Source: Malacoraja senta
Taxonomy: Eukaryota
Reading direction: 5' to 3'
Assembly (NCBI GenBank): GCA_038087875.1
Contig: JAXLNO010000252.1
Coordinates: 186,001 to 250,000 of the forward strand
Length of the DNA stretch: 64,000 nt
The translations under genes were made by a program, and so were the position numbers. This document shows, piece after piece, positions 38,556 to 50,033 of the stretch (position 1 is its first letter; every line of letters starts with the position of its first letter). Under the pieces are notes generated by a model. The model made no database searches. It had not been told where the DNA came from and saw only the letters and a program-made list of their open reading frames with translations.

Positions 38556-38713
38556 CTGTGATACTCGGCGAGGTAGAAGCGGTCTTGAATGAAGGTCTCT
38601 CTCTGACGGAGCAAGTCCTCGAACAACTCCTGCGATGCTCGCTTCAGGTTGAAGAAGATGGATCCAGCGGACCGCACAAACAGACCCTGAGCTAACGAGT
38701 TCGACAGGTAAAC
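38556..38713 (-). CDS. SOUL/HEBP-family gene exon (VYLSNSLAQGLFVRSAGSIFFNLKRASQELFEDLLRQRETFIQDRFYLAEYH)
   Basis: cactgcag|GTT...CACAG|gtgagg; 158 nt, phase 0 to phase 2. Matches the SOUL C-terminal pattern V(F/Y)...VFVRSFGG...L...L......F....YY.AGY.S. Confidence 0.75.
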
Positions 38714-38749
38714 CTGCAGTGGATGAGAGGGGGGGGGGGGTGGGGGTGG

Positions 38750-39735
38750 AAACATAGAAAACAAGTACCGGAGTAGGCCATTCAGCCCCTCGAGCCAGCA
38801 CCGCCATTCAATATGATCATGGCTGATCATCCACAATCAGTACCCCGTTCCTGCTTTCTCCCCATATCCCTTGATTCCATTAGCCCGAAGGGCTAAATCG
38901 AACTCTCTCGTGAATGGCATGTTGGCCTTCATAACAAGAGGATTTGAGTACAGGAGCAAAGAGGTCCTTCTGCAGTTGTGCAAGACCCTAGTGAGACCAC
39001 ACCTGGAGTATTGTGTGCAATTTGTCTCCAAATTTGAGGAAAGACATTCTTGCTATTGAGGGAATGCAGCGTAGGGTTACAAGGTTAATTCATAGAAACA
39101 TAGACATAGAACATATAAAATAGGTACAGGGGGAGGCCATTCGGCCCTACGAGCCTGCACCGCCATTCAATATGATCATGGCTGATCATCCAACTCAGTA
39201 TCCTGTACCTGCCTTCTCTCCATACCCCCCGATCCCTTTAGCCACAAGGGCCACATCTATCTCCCTCTTATATATAGCCAATGAACTGGCCTCAACTACC
39301 TTTTGTGGCAGAGAATTCCAGAGATTCACCACTCTCTGTGTGACAAAATGTTTTTCTCATCTCGGTCCTAAAGGATTTCCCCCTAATCCTTAAACTGTGA
39401 CCCCTTGTTCTGGACTTCCCCAACATCGGGAACAATCTTCCTGCATCTAGCCTGTCCAACCCCTTAAGAATTTTGTAAGTTTCTATAAGATCCCCCCTCA
39501 ATCTTCTAAATTGTAGCGAGTACAAGTCGAGTCTATCCAGTCTTTCTTCATATTCCCGGGATGGCGGGACGGTGATATGCTGAGAGAATGGAGCGGCTGG
39601 GCTTGTATACTTTGGAGTTTAGAAGGATGAGAGTGCATGTTAGGGATCAGGGGGTATGGAGAGAAGGCAGGTACAGGATACTGAGTTGAATGTTCAGCCA
39701 TGATCATATTGAATGGCGGTGCAGGCTCGAAGGGC
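38750..39735. mobile_element. Mosaic of CR1 3' fragments in alternating orientation
   Basis: CR1 tail/RT pieces: about 38750-38910 (-), 38911-39090 (+), 39091-39552 (-), 39553-39735 (+). Confidence 0.8.
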
Positions 39736-41348
39736 CACAGTCACATCGGTGGAGTCTTTTAAGTTCCTGGGAACCATCATCTCCAAGGACCTTAAGTGGG
39801 GGGCTACCATCGACTCCACAATCAAAAAGGCACAACAGAGGATGTATTTCCTGCGGCAGCTGAGGAAGCACAATCTGCCACAGGCAATGATGGTCCAATT
39901 CTACACGGCCATCGTAGTCTGTACTCACCTTCTCCATCATGGTCTGGTTTGGCTCAGCCACCAAGCACGACACCTGGAGGCTGCAGTGAATCGTCCGATC
40001 AGCAGAGAAGGTTATTGGTTGCAACCTTCCCTCCATTAATGAACTGTACACTACAAGGGCCAGGAAGCGAGCAGGCAAGATCATCTCTGACCCCTCTCAC
40101 CCTGGCCACAAACTCTTTGAATCACTTCCCTCTGGAAGGCGACTCCGGACTGTCAAAGCTGCCACAGCCAGACATAAAAACTGTTTTTATCCACGAGTAG
40201 TTGCTCTACTCAACAGCCAAAAATCTGTAGCCTCCCTTTGATCTCGTATTTTGTTGGTTCACATGTTTGATCAATGGTGTTTTATCATTAATCTATCTAT
40301 ATTACTAAAAGTCTGATCTTGACCGCTTTTGGCCCACTGTGGTGCGATTTCCGAGAGATCGCCGCCACCTACGGCCATCATTTTTTGCCACCTCGCTCCG
40401 CCTTCTGAGACCGGATGATTTTTCCCATCGATGAAAAATCTGAGAGATATTAATGTTTTGAAAAGATTCGCCATTCTCTCTGCTGCCCCCGCTGGTGGCA
40501 GGGGAGAGGATCTATAAAAACCGGAAGTGCGGTGGCTCACTCAGTCTCTGCCAGACCCAGGAAGCGAGAGGGTCACGGCTCTCTGAGCTGCGAATAACAC
40601 TGAACGCACGTCTACTCCATGGTGAGTCCCGTCGATGCGGCTGTAAAGTGGCTGCTGCCCAATTGTTTCCCTCGTCTTTTTAAAACGTTTGTGTTCACAA
40701 AATGTATTTTGGTTGTCAGGTGGCTGCGGCCCAATTGTTTGCCTTGATTTGAAAAAGTTTGTGTTCACAAAATGTATTTTGGTTGTCAGGTGGCTGCGGC
40801 CCAACTGTTTGCCTTCATTTGAAAAAGTTTGTGTTCACAAAATGTATTTTGGTTCTCAGGTGGCTGCGGCCCAATTGTTTGCCTCGCCTTTTCAAAAAGT
40901 TTGTGTTCATAAAATGAATTTTGGTTGTCAGGTGGCTGCAGCCAAATTGTTTGCCTTGGCTTGGCTTTTAAAATCATTGCAACAGTTGGCTGCCAGCCCA
41001 AGAATCCATTTGGCCCACAATGTCTATACTAGCCCTCTGGAAACCAGTACCTTCGGCCCGCCACACCCATACTAGCACAACAGAAAGCCCCCCCCCCACT
41101 GGCGAGCAATATTGGAATTAGTGGAGAGGTGGAATATTGCGTTGGTGACCAGCCCTCCCGTGTGATGCTGGGACCCAACAGGTCCCACTTAGTCTAGTGT
41201 CTTATTATTATTAATGTTTAGTGTTTTCTGAATCATTCGTAACTGTCACTGTATGTCATGTTGTTACTTGTGGGCGGAGCACCAAGGCAAATTCTTTGTA
41301 TGTGAATACTTGGCCAATACACTTACTTACTTACTTACTTACTTACTT
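39736..41348 (+). mobile_element. Rex1/Babar 3' part, interrupted by a Helitron
   Basis: VESFKFLGTIISKDLKW..KKAQQRMYFLRQL. The 3' UTR resumes at 41198 and ends in (ACTT)n at 41321-41348. Confidence 0.88.
40292..41197 (+). mobile_element. Complete non-autonomous Helitron (906 bp) with an internal 70-bp tandem array
   Basis: Begins TC after A and ends CTAG before T, with no TSD. Subterminal hairpin TGGGACC-CAACA-GGTCCCA at 41169-41187. About four 70-bp repeats at 40645-40960. Confidence 0.9.
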
Positions 41349-41349
41349 G

Positions 41350-41715
41350 ACCTGTAGTCCTAGTCTCTCCCACTAGTGGAAACATCCTCTCCACATCCAC
41401 TCTATCCAAGGCTTTTACTATTCTGTATTTTTCCAATGAGATGTCCCCTCATCCTTCTAAACTCCAGCGCGTACAGGCCCAGTGCCGTCAAACGCTCATC
41501 ATATGTCAACCCACCAGTTCCTGGGATCATTCTTCTAAACCTCCTCTGGACCCTCTCCAAAGCCAGCACATCATTCCTCAGATATGGGGCCCAAAACTGC
41601 TCACAATATTCCAAATGTGGCCTGACCAGCGCCTTATAGAGCCTCAGCATTACATCCCTGTTTTTGTAGACAAGCCCTCTTGAAATAAATGCTAGCATTG
41701 GGCTTGCTTTCGTTA
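41350..41715 (-). mobile_element. CR1 fragment
   Basis: MLAFISRGL.YK.RDVMLRLYKALVRPHLEYC.QFWAPY. Confidence 0.85.
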
Positions 41716-41979
41716 CTACTATGGAGATACAACTCTGCAACTGATCCCAGGGATGGTATCTGTTCCCCAATTGATCTCACAAATGGACCTTGGACCCACG
41801 ATCTGTTGTCTCCCAGGGATGGGATCCATTTTCTCCGACAGATTCCAGTGATGGAGGTGCATGCCCCTCCCCCCACCCGCTAATCCCACAAAGGAGCCCA
41901 GATCCCAGGACCTGTTCTCTCCCACCGATCTCAGTGATGGGATCCATTCTCTTTCACTGATCCACCAAAAGGTCCCAGA

Positions 41980-42310
41980 TGAGGAATAGATGCACAGAGT
42001 CTCTTGCCCAGAGTAGGGGAATCAACGACCAGAGGGCACGGGTTCAAGGTGAAGGGGAAAAGATTTAATAGGAATCTGAGGGGTAACTTTTTCACACAGA
42101 GGGTGGTGGGTCAAGCTGCCAGAGGAGGTAGTTGAGGCTGAGACTATGCCAACGTTTAATAAACGGTTAGACAGGTGCATGGATAGGACAGGTTTGGAGG
42201 GATATGGACCAAGCGCTGGCAGGTGGGACTAGTGTAGCTGGGACATTGTTGGCAGGTGTGGGCAAGTTGGGCCGAAGGGCCTGTTTCCACACTGTATCTA
42301 TGACTCTATG
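41980..42310 (+). mobile_element. CR1 3' end
   Basis: TRGHGFKVKG..NFFTQRVVG remnant and a tail ending GGGCCGAAGGGCCTGTTTCC..TCTATGACTCTATG. Confidence 0.75.
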
Positions 42311-42338
42311 ACTTCCGCCGCTGGTAGTATTAGACTTT

Positions 42339-42635
<297 letters not shown>

Positions 42636-43181
42636 ATCATGCCTTACAATGCTATCTATGTACGACAGTGATCGCAACAGTGTGGATGGCCGTTGGCTCG
42701 CTAGAAGTTCATCCGCCTTTTGACGGGTCATGTTTTTGGTCCTGCTGGGGGTCCATAGCCCCCTCCTCACCTGGCAGACCAGGTGGGGGAGACGGCTTAG
42801 TCGCCGACTATCCGACCATGGAGCAGGTAGCACGGGATTACATGGTACCCGTGGTGGGGGGAACTCCCCCCGACTGGACCTGATCCCACGATCCATTTTC
42901 ACCCACGGATCCCAGGGATAGGATCCTCTCTCCCATCAATCCCAGTTCTGAATCCCACCAACTGTTCATACACCATTGACCCCAGGGATGAGGTTACGTT
43001 CTCCAACTGATCCCGCATAAGGTACTAGATCACATCATCCGTCCTCTCCCACGGATCCCATGAATAGTCCCATTCTATCCCAAATGATCCTGGGATGGAA
43101 TCCATCTCTCCCGCTGATCCCACAAATGGTCTAGGATTCCATGATTCATGTTCCCTCTCTGATGCCATGGATGGAAATCCA

Positions 43182-43898
43182 TTAGACAATAGACAATAGG
43201 TGCAGGAGTAGGCCATTCGCCCCTTCGAGCCAGCACCGCCATTCAATGTGATCATGGCTGATCATCCACAATCAGTACCCCGTTCCTGCCTTCTCCCCAT
43301 ATCCCCTGACTCCGTTATCTTTAAGAGCCCTATCTAGCTCTCTCTTGAAAGTAACCAGTGAATCGGCCTCCACCGGCCTCTGAGGCAGAGAATTCCACAG
43401 ATTCACAACTCCCTGTGAGAAAAAGTGTTTCCTCGTTTCTGTTCTAAATGGCTTACTCCTTATTCTTAAACTGTGTGTTGCCCCTGGTTCTGGACTCCCC
43501 CAACATCGGGAACATGTTTCCTGCCTCTAGCGTGTCCAACCCCTTAATAATCTTATATGTTTCAATGAGATCCCCCTCTCATCCTTCTAAACTCCAGAGT
43601 GTACAAGCCCAGCCGCTCCATTCTCTCAGCATATGACAGTCCCGCCATCCCGGGAATTAACCTTGTAAACCTACGCTGCACTCCCTCAATAGCAAGAATA
43701 TCCTTCCTCAAATTTGGAGACCAAAACTGCACACAATACTCCAGGTGCGGTCTCACGAGGGCTCTGTACAACTGCAGAAGGACCTCTTTGCGCCTATATT
43801 CGATTCCTCGTTATAAAGGCCAACATGCCATTGGCTTTCTTCACTGCCTGCTGTACCTGCATGCTTACTTTCATAAACTGATGTACAAGGACCCCCAG
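43182..43898 (-). mobile_element. CR1 3' part
   Basis: LYRALVRPHLEYCVQFWSPNLRKDILAIEGVQRRF; close to 9300-9980; TATTGTC tail. Confidence 0.9.
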
Positions 43899-44057
43899 AA
43901 CCCGTTCTTCTCTGTCTCCCTCTCTGTCTCCATCTCCGCCTCCCTCTCACTCTCACTCTCCCTCTCCCTCTCCCTCTCCCTCTCCCTCTCTGTCACACAC
44001 ACACCACTCCCTCTCACACACTTAAACAGAAGGTCTCTGTCTATCTGTCACACACAG

Positions 44058-44107
<50 letters not shown>

Positions 44108-44150
44108 ACGCACACGCACACGCACACGCACACGCGGCGCGGGGTCTCAC

Positions 44151-44262
44151 CTGGCCGGTTCTTCTTGTTGAAGTACTCCCGCAGGCGGTTGATGGCCCTG
44201 TACCTCCTTTCCGCCGGTAATACCTGCGTCCCGACCCAGTGGCTGGGCTCGTAGGCGCGGCT
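44151..44262 (-). CDS. SOUL/HEBP-family gene exon (SRAYEPSHWVGTQVLPAERRYRAINRLREYFNKKNRP)
   Basis: gtgttacag|AGC...CCAG|gtgaga; 112 nt, phase 0 to phase 1. Matches the SOUL motif R.Y....WV.T......A..RL..Y..G.N. Confidence 0.8.
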
Positions 44263-44764
44263 CTGTAACACAGGGCGGGCACGGGGGGTGAGGGGCGGCT
44301 CTCTAACACATGGCGGGGGGCAGGGACTGGGGCTGGGGCTGAGGGGTCCCACCCAGAACACAGGGGAGAGGGGATCTGTGTTAGAGGGTCCCAATCAGAA
44401 TAGGGGGGGGGAGGGGCTGGGGTTCTGGCAGCTGGAAGAAGAAACAGCTGGCGGCTGGATGTCGGTACCACTGTATCAACTGGAAGACAATGATACACAC
44501 ATCTGGGAGGCAAGGATAGGCACACCTGGTCACAGGTGACAGGTGGATGTGGACAGGGCCAGACATACACAATCGCAGAGTGACACGGCACAGAAACAGG
44601 CCATTCGGCCCAACTCGTCCATGCGCACCAACATGTCCCAGCTGCACTAGTCCCACCTGCCCACGTTTGACCCATATCCCTCTAAACCTGTCCTGTCCAT
44701 GTACCTGTCCAAATGTCTTTAATTTGGGAAGGGGAGGAAGATACAGATTCACACGTCTGGCATG

Positions 44765-46475
44765 AGTGCACAGCTGGAGAGCAGAGGGAACAGCTGGACA
44801 CAGCTGGAAAGTAGAGGAAACAGCTGGACACAGCTGGAATGTAGAGGAAAGCTGAAAAGCTGTGGAAAGCTGGAAAGAAGAAGGAACAGCTGGACACAGC
44901 TGGAATGTAGAGGGAACAACTGCTCACAGCTGGAAAGTAGAGGGAACAGTTGGACACAGCTGGAAAGCAGAGGGAACAGTTGAACACAACTGGAATGTAG
45001 AGGGAACAACTGGGCAGAGCTGGAATGTAGAGGGAACAGCTGGACACAACTGGAAAGCTGAGGCAACAGCTGGACAGAGCTGGAATGTAGAGGGAACAAC
45101 TGGACACAGCTGGAAAGCAGAGGGAACAACTGGACACACCTGGAAAGCAGAGGGAACAGCTGGACACAGCTGGACTGCAGGAAAGCAGAGGAAACTGCTG
45201 GGCACCTCGAAAGCAGAGGAAACAGCTGGACGCAGCTGGAATGCAGAGGAAAACTGAACACAACTGGAAAGCAAAACAGCTGGACACGGCTGGAATGTAG
45301 AGCGAAAAGCTGGAAAGCTGTGGAAAGCTGGAAAGCAGAGGGAACAACTGGACACAGCTGGAAAGCAGAGGGAACAACTGGACACAGCTGGAAAGCAGAG
45401 GGAACAGCTGGACAGCTGGAAAGTAGAGGGAACAGCTGGAAAGAAGAGGAGGCCACGGCGAGAAAGCGGAGGGTACAGCTGGACACAGCTGGAACGCTGA
45501 GGATGTCACAGCTGGGAAGAGAGGGGCACAGCTGTAAAGCACAGGGGGAACATCTAGACACAATTGGAAAGCAGAGGAGGCCACAGCTGGAAAGCAGAGG
45601 GAACATCTGGACACAGCTGTAAAGTAGCGGGAACAGCTGGACACAGCTGGAAAGTAGAGGGAACAGCTGGACAGTTGGAAAGTAGAGGGAACAGTTGGGC
45701 ACAGCTGGAAAGCAGAGGGAACAGCTGGACACAGCTGGAAAGCAGAGGGAACAGCTGGGCACAGCTGGAAAGTAGAGGGAACAACTGGACACAACTGTAA
45801 AATAGAAGGAACAGCCGGATACAGCTAGAATGTGCAGCGAACAGCTGGATACAATTGGAAAGCAGAGGGAACAGCTGGACACAGCTGGAATGTAGAGGGA
45901 ACAACTGCCCACAGCTAGAAAGTAGAGGGAACAACTGGAGAGCTGGAACGTAGAGGGGGGAAAACTGGACACAATTAGAAAGCAGAGGGAACAACTGGAC
46001 ACAGCTGGAGATGAAACAGCTGGACACAGCTGGAAAGTAGATGAAACAGCTGGACACAGCTGGAAAGTAGAGAGAACAGCTGGACAGTTGGAAAGCAGAG
46101 GGAACTGGACAGCTGTAAAGCAGATGGAACAGCTGGACACAGCTGGAATGTGGAAAGAACAGCTGGAAAGAAAAGGGAACAGCTGGATACAATTGGAAAG
46201 CAGAGGGAACAGCTGGACACAGTGGAAAGCAGAGGGAACAGCTGGACACAGTTGTAAAGCAGAGGGAACAGCTGGACACAGTTGTAAAGCAGAGGGAACA
46301 GCTGGAGAGCAGAGGAGACCATAGCGAGAAAGCGGAGGGAACAGCTGGACAGAACTGGAACGCAGAGGAGTCCCACAGCTGGGAAGAGGACGTAAAGCAG
46401 AGGAGGGAACATCTGGACACAATTGCAAAGCAGAGGAGGCCACAGCTGGAAAGCAGAGGAACAGCTGGACACATC
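44765..46475 (+). repeat. Degenerate 30-bp minisatellite (CAGCTGGAAAGCAGAGGGAACAGCTGGACA)n, intronic
   Basis: Read directly; it produces the 10-aa periodic ORFs (CPAVPSAFQL) in the ORF track. Confidence 0.93.
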
Positions 46476-46510
46476 TGGCCAGCGAGGCTGCTCCCCGGCC
46501 CCGCACCTAC

Positions 46511-46587
46511 CTCGTACTCGGTGTCTCGGCAGAGGGTCACGTGGGAAAAACATTCGGTGGCGCCGGTGCAGGCGGGCGACCGCCCAC
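46511..46587 (-). CDS. SOUL/HEBP-family gene exon (GRSPACTGATECFSHVTLCRDTEYE)
   Basis: ttctcgcccgcag|GT...GAGTACGAG|gtaggt; 77 nt, phase 1 to phase 0. The C-x4-EC-x6-C-x4-YE pattern resembles the N-terminus of Cys-containing HEBP2-like proteins, and it splices in frame to 44262. Confidence 0.75.
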
Positions 46588-46705
46588 CTGCGGGCGAGAA
46601 CAGCCGCGATTAACGCTCGTACACCTCACCCCCCCACCCCCCCCCATCCGGCCACAATCATCCCACCCAATCCATCCCATACAATCCCAACCCCCACACT
46701 ACCAC

Positions 46706-46905
46706 NNNNNNNNNNNNNNNNNNNNNNNNNNNNNNNNNNNNNNNNNNNNNNNNNNNNNNNNNNNNNNNNNNNNNNNNNNNNNNNNNNNNNNNNNNNNNNN
46801 NNNNNNNNNNNNNNNNNNNNNNNNNNNNNNNNNNNNNNNNNNNNNNNNNNNNNNNNNNNNNNNNNNNNNNNNNNNNNNNNNNNNNNNNNNNNNNNNNNNN
46901 NNNNN
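46706..46905. other. Assembly gap (200 N)
   Basis: Exactly 200 Ns, a fixed-size scaffold join. Confidence 0.99.
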
Positions 46906-48118
46906 CCATGATGGAGAAGGCGAGTACAGACTACGATGGCCGTGTAGAATTGGACCATCATTGCCTGTGGCAGATTGTGCTTCCTCAGCTGGCCGCAGGA
47001 AATACATCCTCTGTTGTGCCTTTTGATTTGGAGTCGATGGTAGCCCCCCACTTAAGGTCCTTGGAGATGATGGTTCCCAGGAACTTAAAAGACTCCACCG
47101 ATGTGACTGTGGCCCTTCGAGCCTGCACCGCCATTCAATATGATCATGGCTGAACATTCAACTCAGTATCCTGTCCTGCCTTCTCTCCATACACCCTGAT
47201 CCTAACATGCACTCTCATCCTTCTAAACTCCAAAGTATACAAGCCCAGCCGCTCCATTCTCTCAGCATATCACCGTCGCCGCCATCCCGGGAATATGAAG
47301 AAAGACTGGATAGACTCCACTTGTACTCGCTACAATTTAGAAGATTGAGGGGGGATCTTATAGAACTTACAAAATTCTTAAGGGGTTGGACAGGCTAGAT
47401 GCAGGAAGATTGTTCCCGATGTTGGGGAAGTCCAGAACAAGGGGTCACAGTTTAAGGATTAGGGGGAAATCCTTTAGGACCGAGATGAGAAAACATTTTG
47501 TCACACAGAAAGTGGTGAATCTCTGGAATTCTCTGCCACAAAAGTAGTTGAGGCCAGTTCATTGGCTATATATAAGAGGGAGATAGATGTGGCCCTTGTG
47601 GCTAAAGGGATCAGGGGGTATGGAGAGAAGGCAGGTACAGGATACTGAGTTGGATGATCAGCCATGATCATATTGAATGGCGGTGCCAGGCTCGTAGGGC
47701 CGAATGGCCTCCCCCTGTACTATTTTATATGTTCTATGTCTATGTTTCTATGAATTAACCTTGTAACCCTACGCTGCATTCCCTCAATAGCAAGAATGTC
47801 TTTCCTCAAATTTGGAGACAATACTCCAGGTGTGGTCTCACTAGGGTCTTGCACAACTGCAGAAGGACCTCTTTGCTCCTGTACTCAAATCCTCTTGTTA
47901 TGAAGGCCAACATGCCATTCAAGAGAGAGTTCGATTTAGCCCTTCGGGCTAATGGAATCAAGGGATATGGGGAGAAAGCAGGAACGGGGTACTGATTGTG
48001 GATGATCAGCCATGATCATATTGAATGGCGGTGCTGGCTCGAGGGGCTGAATGGCCTACTCCGGTACTTGTTTCTATGTTTCCACCCCCACCCCCCCCCC
48101 CCCTCTCATCCACTGCAG

Positions 48119-48275
48119 GTTTACCTGTCGAACTCGCTAGCTCAGGGTCTGTTTGTGCGGTCCGCTGGATCCATCTTCTTCAACCTGAAGCGAGCATCGC
48201 AGGAGTTGTTCGAGGACTTGCTCCGTCAGAGAGAGACCTTCATCAAGACCGCTTCTACCTCGCCGAGTGTCACAG
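48119..48275 (+). pseudogene. Second copy of the SOUL exon, with a 1-bp deletion
   Basis: 157 nt versus 158 nt (TTCATCAAG vs TTCATTCAAG near 48243) plus TAT>TGT; this may be a consensus error. Confidence 0.7.
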
Positions 48276-49216
48276 GTGAGGGTGGGGGAGGGGCGCAAGG
48301 AATCAGGAGAGTTTAGTTCAGTTTCGAGATACAGCGCGGAAATCTCTGACCCCTCTCACCCTGGCCGCAAACTCTTTGAATCACTTCCCTCTGGAAGGCG
48401 ACTCCGGACTGTCCAAAGCCGCCACAGCCAGACATAACAGCTTTTTTTTCCACGAGTAGTAGCTCTACTCAATAACCAAAAACCTGTAGCCTCCTTTTGC
48501 TCTGGTATTTTGTTTCATTCTTCACATGTTTAAATTATAATGTTCTATTTTTAATTTGTCTACGGTATATCATGTTTTGCTTGCGGGCGGAGCACCAAGG
48601 CAAATTCCTTGTATGTGAATATACATCGCTCATAAAATTTATTCAATTCAATCATGTTTCGTATCTTGTGTTTTATAACTGTTACAGACAATAGACAATA
48701 GGTGCAGGAGGAGGCTATTCGGCCCTTCGAGCCAGCACCACCATTCATTGTGATCATGGCTGATCGTCCCCAATCAATAACCGTGCCTGCCTTATCCCCA
48801 TATCCCTTGATTCCACTAGCCCCTAGAGCTCTATCTAACTCTCTCTTAAATCCATCCAGTGATTTGGCTTCCACTGCACTCTGTGGCAGGGAATTCCACA
48901 AATTCACAACTCTGGGTGAAAAAGTTTGTTCTCACCTCAGTCTTAAAAGGCCTCCCCTTTATTCTAAGACTGTGCCCCTGGTTCTGGACTCGCCCAACAT
49001 TGGGAACATTTTTCCTGCATCTAGCTTGTCCAGTCCTTTTATAATTTTTATGTTTCTATAAGACCCCCCCCTCATCCTTCTAAACTCCAGTGAATACAAG
49101 CCTAGTCTTTTCAATCTCCTTCCACAATCAGTACCCCTCCCCCCACCCTTTCCTGTCCATATACAATAGGTATATGGACAGGAAAGGAATGGAGGGTTAT
49201 GGTCTGAGTGCAGGTA

Positions 49217-50032
49217 GTTGGGTCCCAGCATCACACGGGATGGCTGGTCCCCCAACGCAATATTCTACCTCTCCACCAATTCCAATATTGGTGGCCAGTG
49301 GGAGGGGGGGGCTTTCTGGAGCGCTAGTATGGGTGTCGTGGGTTGAAGGGACTGGTTCCAGAGGACTAGTATGGACATTGTGGGCCGAATGGATTCTTGG
49401 GCTGGCCGCTCAGTCACTCAAACCTGTTGTGCTGGCAGCTCACTCACGGCTGGTGGGCTGGTAGTTGACTCGCGGCTATTCCTTGAAATTCCATTTCAAG
49501 TAGGGTGCAAGGCCACCAAATTCAAGTGCATTTCTTACCACTTCAAGCAGGTGCAAGGCCACCAAATTCAGGGTAGTTTCATACCATTTCAAGCAGGGTG
49601 CAAGGCCACCAAATTCAAGTGCAGTTTCTTACCACTTCAAGCAGGGTGCAAGGCCACCAAATTCAAGTGCAGTTTCATATTATTTTAAGCAGGGTGCAAG
49701 GCCACTAAAGACAGCGAGTCATGACCTCTCCCTCCTCCATCTTGCAGAGACTGAGCCACGCCGACACTTCTGGGTTTTATAGTCCCTCTCCCCTCCCAAC
49801 AGAAGGGGCGTGGCCTTCATGGCATGATTGACAGAAGAGAGAATCTCCAAATTTTTTAACACTAATAATTCTTTTATTTTTTAATGATGGGAAAAATCTT
49901 CGGCACCTGATGAGCGGAGGGGACACCGAGTAAGATGGCCAAAAATCACAGCCTTACATAGTAGCGTTTTCCCTAAAATCAATATACAGCGCAAATAGGA
50001 AGTGGTCAAGATTAGACTTTTAATTATATAGA
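49217..50032 (-). mobile_element. Mirror copy of the truncated Helitron at 36794-37614
   Basis: Reverse complement of the left copy. Confidence 0.75.
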
Positions 50033-50033
50033 C

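Noticed and set aside
44385..44480. Peptide VDTVVPTSSRQLFLLPAARTPAPPPPYSD resembling the missing SOUL F.LP....PP.P segment
   Set aside because: It lies upstream of the 44262 exon (wrong order), has no MTAPV-like motif or clear donor, and the prolines come from a C-run; probably coincidence.
44682..46553. Long Cys/Pro/Ser-rich ORFs (370, 585 and 328 aa)
   Set aside because: Open in all three minus frames because the 30-bp minisatellite lacks stops; they lie inside an intron, and only 46511-46587 looks like a real exon.
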